Source: Eledone cirrhosa (Eukaryota). Taken from it: a DNA stretch of 64,000 nt. Location: positions 293,260,001 through 293,324,000 of the forward strand of contig OZ024741.1 in NCBI GenBank assembly GCA_964016885.1. The letters run 5' to 3'. Positions within the stretch are counted from its first letter, which is position 1. Each line of letters begins with the position of its first letter. Shown one piece after another: positions 55,168 through 64,000 of the stretch. Both the position numbers and the translations under genes were made by a program. Below the pieces are notes generated by a model, which saw nothing but the letters and a program-made list of their open reading frames with translations, was not told the DNA's origin and searched no databases.

Positions 55168-55320
55168 GCACATATATATATATATATATATATACACACG
55201 TGTGGGTGTATGTGTATATACACATACACATGCATATGCATTTACAAAGTGTTTGTGTTTGTGTGTGTGTTAAATATACATATGTTCTTATCTCCTAATG
55301 CTGAATCTAATATTTGGTGT

Positions 55321-55361
<41 letters not shown>

Positions 55362-55382
55362 TTACTACTATTACTACTCCAA

Positions 55383-55432
<50 letters not shown>
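55321..55432. repeat. (TAC)n then (TTA)n microsatellite
   Basis: Direct reading. Confidence 0.95.
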
Positions 55433-55433
<1 letters not shown>

Positions 55434-56224
55434 TGTCTAGTATCTAGGAGTAATCAGGTATGGCAAGTCTGGTTTCAGGTTTCCTTGTGAGAACTTATGT
55501 ACACATGTTATTGTATGTAGCCAACCCTTTCAGGAGAAAAAGGAGATATACAAGATAAAAGATGTAGAATCATATTTTACATTTACATTAACATGAGAGG
55601 AAAAACATCAACATCTATGCATAACGTTACCGGGTGAAACAAGTGAGAGTGGTGGTGCTACTTATTTGTTTTGTTTTCTTTATAAAAATGTTGGTTATAT
55701 AAGTATGACTGTGTGGTTACAGAGTTCATTTTGCAACCATGTGGCTTCAGATTCAGTCCTAGTGTGTGGTACCTTGCACAAGTGTGCATCAATGAGGCAG
55801 AACAACACAGGAGAATGCTACAGTACAATGATGCTATATATTAGTTTAACACTTGATATAGTAGGAAAATAATCTTAACGTTATGGACATATATACATAT
55901 ATATGTGTGTGTGTCTGTGTTTGTGTCTTTGCACATATAGACTCACATATCTGACGAAATGTCTAAAAAGAGTTGGGTCCTGTCATTTGGATTGTACCCT
56001 GTACTGATCAATATCAAAACAATTGTAATATGCCAATAAAGTTTGTACATATGCTGCAACACTAACTTTGATTCTACTTAATCTCCAGGGGAAAAGAGTA
56101 CATTAATCTTCAAAGGGCATTTCATTTGTTTTGAATTCCAAATGTGCTGGGGACTTTTAGTCTATATTGAGCTTTTCTCAACTTATTAAAAGTAATAGTG
56201 GAATACTCCACTATAATCACTTAC

Positions 56225-56276
<52 letters not shown>

Positions 56277-56492
56277 GATAACAAAATATCGTTATAGGTA
56301 ATCCAGTTAGAGGTTGTGAATACTTCTTATTATGGATAGTTTTAGTTTACAGCGTTGTTTGACTCAACAAGAGGTTTACGTAGATGGCGAGTTTATGATT
56401 TCACTTGTATTCCTATGTAAGTTTATCTTGGAGTAATAAAATTGAAAAGTGAAGAATAACATGGTCAATAGTACACAAAAGGAGATTTATTT

Positions 56493-56604
56493 ACAGTCTA
56501 ACAATTGTTTCTCTGATTAAGTTGTCTAACAATTGCTGAACACTAGAAGCAGTGCCACTCAATTTCAAATACGATATTAGCTCAATCAGATCGTCAGAAA
56601 CTGT
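56493..56604 (-). ncRNA. Hammerhead ribozyme fold with long stem II, inside a TA-bounded insert (~56273-56670)
   Basis: acagttt CTGACGA tctgattga..ttaatcaga GAAA caattg TT agactgt. Confidence 0.78.
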
Positions 56605-56683
56605 TACAAAAAATATATATAACCGGAAAATTTACAAATTCAAATTACATCATCAATAATAATATTAATATTTATATATATAT

Positions 56684-57057
56684 ATATAAGTTAAAACAAT
56701 GAAATAAAAAAATCAAGTCATTAGAAATATACTTCACTGCTTTACGATCGTTTCTAGGTGATGATAATACATTGTAACTATACTTCTTTATCGATCTATG
56801 TAAGGTTAGTTACAAAATATCAGATAGGGAGAATATTTACTTACATACATATTACCAGCTGTAGTCAAAAGCAATGAAGTATATTTCTAATGACTTGATT
56901 TTTTATTCCATTGTTTTAATTTATATCATGACTCTGTTTTCCTTTTAATGTTTTATTGTTTTCCGGGATTTATTTTAACCTACAACATTTTCAACATACG
57001 GATTACATTGAGTTCTTCATGCAGACGAGACCCCACAACTTACCGTGGATATCTCTG
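56684..57057. mobile_element. Fold-back element: IR 56684-56742 / 56868-56926, tail to ~57057
   Basis: ~59-bp arms; hammerhead 3' half GAAA cgatcg TA aagcag on the minus strand. Confidence 0.72.
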
Positions 57058-57680
57058 TGTGTATATATATATATATATATATATTAATAGTAATATTAGT
57101 GAGAGTAAATTTTAATCATTTGCTAGGTGTATTTTAGCTCAATGTCTATTGAAGCAGCATGAACTCAGTCATCAGGTACTTACTATTTAAAATATCTATA
57201 TCTATATTTATATATAGGTATGTGTGTATGTCTGTATGTGTATGTGCGGTGATGTTTATGTTCACTAGTTGTATATATCCTGTAACTTGGCAGCTCAACG
57301 AAAAGAGATTTATGAAATAAATACCCGACTTTAAAAGTGAAGTATGATTGACTAAATTGAGGTTGTAATCCAGTATGGCCACAGTCTAATGAATAAAACC
57401 AGATGGAGTATAAAAGAAAATATTAACAGCAAAATATGTTCATTGTATTATTCAAATAATGAAATAGTTTCTGAAAGGACATTTGTAGAAAAAAAATGAG
57501 ATGAATTTCTATTTTTTTTTTTTCTAAGTGCATAATTCTTATCTGGTTAAATATACAGAAAAAGAAAGCAGTATTAGACAGAATTATAAATGTTATAAAT
57601 GAGAGGAAATTGAGAGGAAGAGCAAGGACTACTAGACAAAGGAAGAACAGGGAAGGGGGTGAGAGTGACAGACTCTACAC

Positions 57681-57885
57681 CTAAATCAGAGCAGTGTTTT
57701 GACTGCACCCCACGGACAAAATGGCAAAGGCATTTCCGCAGAGAATGGCCAGCGACACACGCTGCAACAGCCTTCCCACCTCGCAGGTCTTTTTCTTCAG
57801 ATATGCTGCTCTCGATCTGATTGTATGGATGAAGTCAGCTGACTAGGATCCGAAAATACCTGAGGCCCTTTCTAAATTATAAAGA
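57681..57885 (-). pseudogene. C-terminal fragment of a REL-type (CRE-like) non-LTR retrotransposon
   Basis: SGIFGS*SADFIHTIRSR..EVGRLLQRVSLAILCGNAFAIL resembles the L.QR.S.A..RGNA..IL terminal motif. Confidence 0.65.
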
Positions 57886-59177
57886 AAAGACTGGGTGAGG
57901 TGAGATAATGTTGTCTGGTGATTCTATTGGATGTGTAATGTTAATCCGTTTGATATCAAACTGTATGAAGCCAGCCCTGGTACTATGAAACAAAATTGTT
58001 TATTTTAAAAGTGTTATGAAAATGTTACAAAAAATGAAAAAAGAATGAGATAAATGGAGACGACTTGTCTAAGCCATGCAAGCTTGGAAAAGTGGATGTA
58101 AAATTGGTGATGATGAATAGGATACTAATAAGTTTACTGTGAAAGGGGAAAAATGATGAGTATTACAGTTGTTTCATAAATGGAACAACATAATCATAAT
58201 TATTCTACTGTTATTGATTAGCCAGAGTTTAGCTCTGATTAAACAAATCAAGTCATTGCAACCTTTTTCTTTTTAGGAGAATATCTCATCACATTTTTAA
58301 TGTTCCCGTATCTTTCTCAAGAGAGTAAGGTGTTATTTGAAGGAGTTTAGTTGCTTTTTCTTGCAGGTCAAGTGACTGACCCCTCAGAGTCTGATAATAC
58401 ATATATAATATGAACCAATCAAGTACAATGTTATATGTGATAAAAGGTCAGAGACTGAGATGTTTTGTTGAACTTTGTGAGGGTTTGAAATAAATAGATG
58501 ACATTGTAAGCTGATTAACCTGAGTGTGGAAGTCAAGCATTAAAGAACCACCAACCCCTAAACACTAACATTGAGCTCAACCAATAGCATGTTATGGTGG
58601 TAGTGGTGATGAGTTGGTGTGGGTTTGAGTGGATTTTAGGTTCAGTGAGGTGTGTAGTAAGTAGCACAAGAATTACATGGAGGAAGAAAAGGGTGAGAGG
58701 TAGAAGAAAGAAAGAAAAGAATCTGAAAGAAGGGGGCAGGAGGAGGATGAAGGATGAGGGGGAAAGAAGAGGAGACCGTACTACTGACAAGGACACATGT
58801 TGTCCTGCAAAACCTCTCAAAATGCCAGGATGGTAATGGCTAGAATGACTTTGATCACAGGTTTGTTGAAAGTAAACCGATTTAAAGATGGCAGCAGATA
58901 GTAAAAGTGAGAATGTGATGAACTATTTGTATTTGTCTTAACATACTTATAGTTATATTGAAATGGTGAGAAGTATTTGCTTGAAAAAGTTTATAGCTGC
59001 ATTGAAATATGCATTAAAAGCTGTTTTACCATATTTCTAATAAAAGACACTGCCTATAATTTTGAAATCAGTTTTAAAGTAATCCAGAGCTGGAAAGAAT
59101 TAATAATATAATTAAATGTCTAGTTATTAAGATGGTGTTTGGAGCATATCTTAACAAAGGTTTTTGCATAAAATTAT

Positions 59178-59367
59178 AATTGTTTCTACGTTTGGCACAA
59201 GACCAGCAATTATCCTAATGTATTACTGGTGCTTTATTTTATTGACACCATAAGGATGAAAGGCAAAGTTAACCTCGGCAGGATTTGAACTTAGATCATA
59301 AAGGGTCATAACTCTTTGCTGCAAAGCAAGGCGTCAGACCCTCTACCGATACTGCCAATCCACCACC
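59178..59367 (-). mobile_element. SINE family A
   Basis: Consensus match; TSD aaaattataat / aaaattacaat. Confidence 0.9.
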
Positions 59368-60332
59368 AAAATTACAATGGAAAGTTTTTATATGTATATG
59401 TACATATATAGCATCATCTTCATCACTACTTTCCACTCTCTCTCTGCTCATGTTTAAATATATATGTGAGTGTGTGTGTGAACTGTCCCAGGCCCAATAA
59501 GGTCTAGAGCTGGTTCTATTGGTTGGGGAACAAAATCTTGAGTCATGTATTTCCTTTTTGCATGTTTTGTTTATGAATGGCAGCAATATCATCCTCAAAT
59601 CAAACATTAAAAAGGTCATATTGGTTAATATAGTTCTACACGTTTATTTATAAGTTTGTTGGATCAGAAGTGGTTTGGGACAGGATAACAACAACAACTC
59701 TGCTAAATCAACGATGGGCTCTATATACAGTTGTTGAACATAACAGTCAAATCTTCAAATTACAACCTACCATCATCAAAAACAAACAACACATTAGATA
59801 ATATACAGTGCTTATGGAGGAAAAGACAGAATAATAATAACTGAAGTATCTTTGATTAGGGTAACTGCTATAACATCAATAATGAAAATATTGCAAAAAT
59901 GATTTTGACCAGTATAATCTCCAAATTAGACTTCAATATCTGCTAAAGATAAAAACAGACATAAATAGAAATTCAAACGAAAATTAAAGACAGGAGAACA
60001 CTTTAATTAATCAATGATATCATATGAAGTTTTCCTTTCTAGTTTCAATAGTGAGCAAATTGTAGACTCGTTAGTCTCTAAATTGCTTGCAATTAATTTC
60101 TCATAAATTGCCATAGAATATGAGGAAGTATTTGTTGTGTCTGGGATGAAAGCATATTATATATCATGAAAGAAATTATGAGCAAAGTGGTCTGTTGTTT
60201 AATCAAGGCAATAATTTGGTTGTTCTGTATCGTTAATTTAACTATGATGTGCTTCTGAATTCTTTCATCTCTCTTATTTGTCTACAAAAAATTGGCATTC
60301 TGTTCATTCTCTCTCTCTCTCTCTATTTTACT

Positions 60333-60560
60333 CAGTTTACTCAGCTGTAGAAATGAGATGATAGGGACTGGGGTCCATATCATTCCACTGCAAAGTGGTC
60401 GTGGAGGTGCCACGGCAAAAAAGCACCCAGCACTCACTGTAAATGAGGTTGGTGTTAGGAAGGGCATCCAGCTGTAGAAATCAAGCCAGAATTAGTTCCC
60501 GTCCCACCCTTGCAAGCAGGGAAAAAGCGGACGTAAAATGAAATAATGATGATGATGATG
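60333..60560 (+). mobile_element. SINE family B 3' part (RTE tail)
   Basis: Matches 16045-16265 in reverse; further copy at 63438-63578 (-). Confidence 0.85.
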
Positions 60561-60561
60561 A

Positions 60562-60620
<59 letters not shown>

Positions 60621-60698
60621 CATACATACAAATATATATATACATATGTATATATATATATATAAATATATATATATACACACGTATATATGTATATA

Positions 60699-60739
<41 letters not shown>

Positions 60740-60755
60740 GTATATATGTATATAT

Positions 60756-60957
60756 TCCCTTTTCTCTCCCGCTTTTTTTAAATGTCTTTCCACCACTCCC
60801 ATACACACCCTCGGAACTCTCTTCCTACCCACTTTTCTCCTGATGAAGGGCTTATGCCCGAAACGTCGTTCCCCACCCCCCACTCTCTAAAGCGTGAACC
60901 TAATAAACTAATATTTGTACTGCCTCTGTTTTTGTTCCTAAGATTTAACTATATATA
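60756..60957 (+). mobile_element. Penelope-like terminal fragment with hammerhead core and AATAAA
   Basis: CTGATGA a gggc ttat gccc GAAA cg TC at 60840-60867 (stem I not evident); in a TA tract. Confidence 0.6.
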
Positions 60958-61003
60958 TGATGGCTGCCCCTCGTTATCGAGTATGGCCATTGCACGAGGA
61001 GAA

Positions 61004-61034
<31 letters not shown>

Positions 61035-61082
61035 AGAAAATAAAAATAAAACAAAGAAATATATATATATATATATATATAT

Positions 61083-61084
<2 letters not shown>

Positions 61085-61114
<30 letters not shown>

Positions 61115-62019
61115 TTTACGTCCGCTTTTCCCTGCTTGCAAGGGTGGGACGGGTCTTATTCAGCACAGCATCTCTCCACTCGTCACGGTCCCTCGTCATC
61201 TCCACCGTGAGCTTCAATGATCTGAGGTCTGTTCTCACCACCTCCGCCCATGTTTTTCGTGGTCTACCTCTACTACGTCTTCCTTCAACTGGCATTTCCT
61301 GGCACTTCTTCACCCATCGGTCATCCTCCATGCGCATCACATGTCCATACCACCTCAGTCTCCTCTCCTGTACACTACATTCTATCCCTCTCAGACACAA
61401 TTTCTATCTCAACACATTTATGCTGGGTCGTTCACGCACATTTACACTGCACATCCAACGGAGCATGCTTGCCTCATTTCTCTCCAGCCGTCGCATATCT
61501 TCTGCGGTAGCTGCCCATGTCTCACTACCATGCAGCATCGCGCTCCTCACACAGGCATCATACAACCGGCCTTTCGTACGCAGGGAGAAACCCTTCTTCG
61601 TCAACAGAGGAAGCAGCTCCCTAAACTTCTTCCAACCCGTCCTTATTCTAGATACTATGGCCTCGGAACACCCTCCTCCCATGCTAATCTGATCTCCTAG
61701 GTACCGGAAGCTATCCACCACTTCTATAGCGCCCTCTCGCATTTGAAAAATGTGTCTATCAGTGCGACTTCTACTGTCTAATTTCCCTGTACATCTACTG
61801 CATACATATTTCTCCCTACCTGTTAGTTTGCCTGCTATCCCGCTACATCTCTTGTGTACCCAGGACCTACATTGTGTGCATTATATAGAATTTATGCCAG
61901 TTCCTTTTCTGCATATCGAACATGGCCATTTCCCTGACGGAATCAGGGTTTTGTCCTCTTTTCTACTCATCAACACTTTTGTCTTAGCTAGATTTACTCT
62001 CAGTCCTCTTGCTTCCAAC

Positions 62020-62022
<3 letters not shown>
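61085..62022 (-). mobile_element. RTE-clade LINE 3' fragment, family 1 (least decayed copy)
   Basis: ORFs 61404-61742 (VDSFRYLGD, LYDACVRSAMLHGSETW) and 61116-61400; (GAT)n tail. Confidence 0.95.
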
Positions 62023-62052
<30 letters not shown>

Positions 62053-62192
62053 GACCATGCTGTAAAATGGAGGGGTAGAGAGGGCCCTTGTATATGTATA
62101 TATATATATATATATATACATATATATATACATATACACACACACACATACACATATACACACACATATATATATACACACACACATATACA

Positions 62193-62572
62193 TTAATAAC
62201 AATAATAATAATAATAATGATTTCATTTATTAGCCACCAGGGCCGACATGTAGGGGACAATACAAAGACAGGGACAGTGGGGGTTTACAATAAGGTGGAG
62301 TAAAAGTGCACAATGGCAAGACTAATTTAACAATGAAAATATAAAAATATAAAATAAACTATGCATAAATATAACAAAATAAAATTCCCCGATAGGAGGT
62401 GTACGACCCTGGGGTGCTTCAGGTACCCCACCAATCCTGAACCACCCTGCGCTTCTAGGTCACCCAGGGAGAGCACCCCTCTCCTCAAGTTAGCTAGCCT
62501 ATAGGCGCATGGTCAGAGTAGGCCCATTCACACAAGCCATTCTCACCACATTCACCCACCTTTTAGCAAATG
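62193..62572 (-). mobile_element. L1/Tx1-like LINE 3' end
   Basis: Minus reading FAKRWVNVVRMACVNGPTLTMRL*, then 3' UTR, AATAAA and (TTA)n tail. Confidence 0.55.
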
Positions 62573-63290
62573 TACTGGGGGGGCAATCCCAGAACACGCC
62601 TGCCTACATCATAAACCGACTTTTTATGGGTCGGCCAATCCTCACCAAGATCTGCAGCCTGCATAGCTTCTTCCAATGTCCTCTTCACATTTTTATCCTT
62701 AAGACGAGCAGCATTCAATCTTTTGGGCAGGGCAACACCAGGAGCCCGGATTTTACGTTTAGTGATTAGTTTCACTTTTGCGCGTACCAGGCGCTGGTCC
62801 GTCCAGCACTCAGCTCCACGAAGAGCACGAACACACTGCACATCCTGTCTGTCACGCATCCTGACTAGGACGTAGTCCAAAAGATGCCATTCCTTAGATG
62901 CAGGATGCATCCATGTGGTCTTGAATTTGTTCTTTTGTTGGAACATGGTGTTGGTAACACACAGATCCAGCTCCTCACACATCTGCAGCAGGAGCATACC
63001 ATTGTTGTTACACTTTCCCACCCCATGCCTTCCGATTACCTTCCATGTGTTAAAATCCCTACCCACACTAGCATTAAAGTCACCAAGCACGATGACTTTG
63101 TCTGCCTGAGGAATATTTCTTAAAACACCTTTCAAGGCATGGTAAAAGGACACTTTTTCTTGATCGACAGAATTCATAGTTGGAGCATACACACTCACCA
63201 GGGTCGCATATCTTCCTTTGTCCAGCGGAATTCTCATGGACATAAGACGCTCACTAATCCCTACTGGGAATTCTTCTAATTTATTCACAA
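62573..63290 (-). CDS. Apurinic-like (APE) endonuclease domain fragment of an RTE/BovB-like LINE ORF, uninterrupted
   Basis: SERLMSMRIPL, SVYAPT, VLGDFNASVG, CNNNGMLLL, TTWMHPASKEWHLLDYVLVR, ECWTDQRLV. Confidence 0.9.
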
Positions 63291-63378
63291 GTACAAGTGA
63301 ACCTAATAAACTAATATTTGTACTGCCTCTCTGTTTTTGTTCCTAAGATTTAACTATATATATATATATACACACGTA

Positions 63379-63420
<42 letters not shown>

Positions 63421-63579
63421 TATGTATATATATATAATCATCATCATCATTTCATTTTACGTCCACTTTTCCCTGCTTGCATGGGTGGGACGGGAACTGA
63501 TTCTGGCTCGATTTCTACAGCTGGATGCCCTTCCTAACACCAACCTCATTTACAGTGAGTGCTGGGTGCTTTTTTGCAT

Positions 63580-64000
63580 AGCTCCGCTGGATGTGTAACA
63601 GTAATATACGTGAACGGCAAAGCATAAACGAACTAAGGAAAAAATTAGAGATAAGAGGGATCAGATGTTGTTTACTCGAGAGAAGGCTGCGTTGGTATGG
63701 ACACGTGATGCGCATGAAAGTCGATAGCTGTATTACAAAGTGCAGGGCAATAAAGATAGACGGTAGCCACGGAATAGGCAGACCTAGAAAAACATGGGAT
63801 GAGCTGATAAACTCCGACCTCACACACTTACACCTCTCCAAGACAATGTCACTGGACCGTGACCTTTGGCGGTACTCAGTAACAGAGAAGACCCGCCTTG
63901 CCAGTAGGCATCTCTAACAAAATACACCCCTCCCGCCGCCACCCCCACCCCATCCACACCACCCCGTTCTATGTAAAGTTATGTTGGTGCCGCGCCATCC
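63580..64000 (+). mobile_element. RTE family 2 3' fragment (runs off the window)
   Basis: ORF 63591-63917 RRLRWYGHVMRM..GRPRKTWDE; UTR matches 20440-20500. Confidence 0.92.

Noticed and set aside
55945-55970. ctgacgaaa hammerhead-like word
   Set aside because: The core halves overlap, with no stem II and no pairing stems

Overview
AT-rich eukaryotic non-coding DNA made almost entirely of repeats. The (TA)n/(CAT)n/(ATT)n microsatellites, tRNA-derived SINEs and RTE LINEs suggest a cephalopod (octopus-like) genome; this is inference only. I found no supportable host exon, and nearly all ORF-track entries are microsatellite translations or antisense readings of transposons. Recognisable coding remnants are a Penelope-like GIY-YIG endonuclease (52960-53424), several RTE-clade LINE fragments, two REL-endonuclease LINE fragments, an L1/Tx1-like 3' end and a decayed mariner. 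There are also hAT MITEs with 8-bp TSDs. The main signal is a population of more than a dozen short elements from mostly unrelated sequence families, nearly all sitting in (TA)n tracts. Most have a fold-back inverted repeat plus a one-sided tail and/or a minimal type-I hammerhead ribozyme fold (CUGANGA...GAAA-palindrome-UH). One member still carries the GIY-YIG ORF, which links the group to Penelope-like retroelements. Within that family the inverted arm starts at the same nucleotide in separate copies. All pairings and alignments were done by eye and boundaries are approximate.
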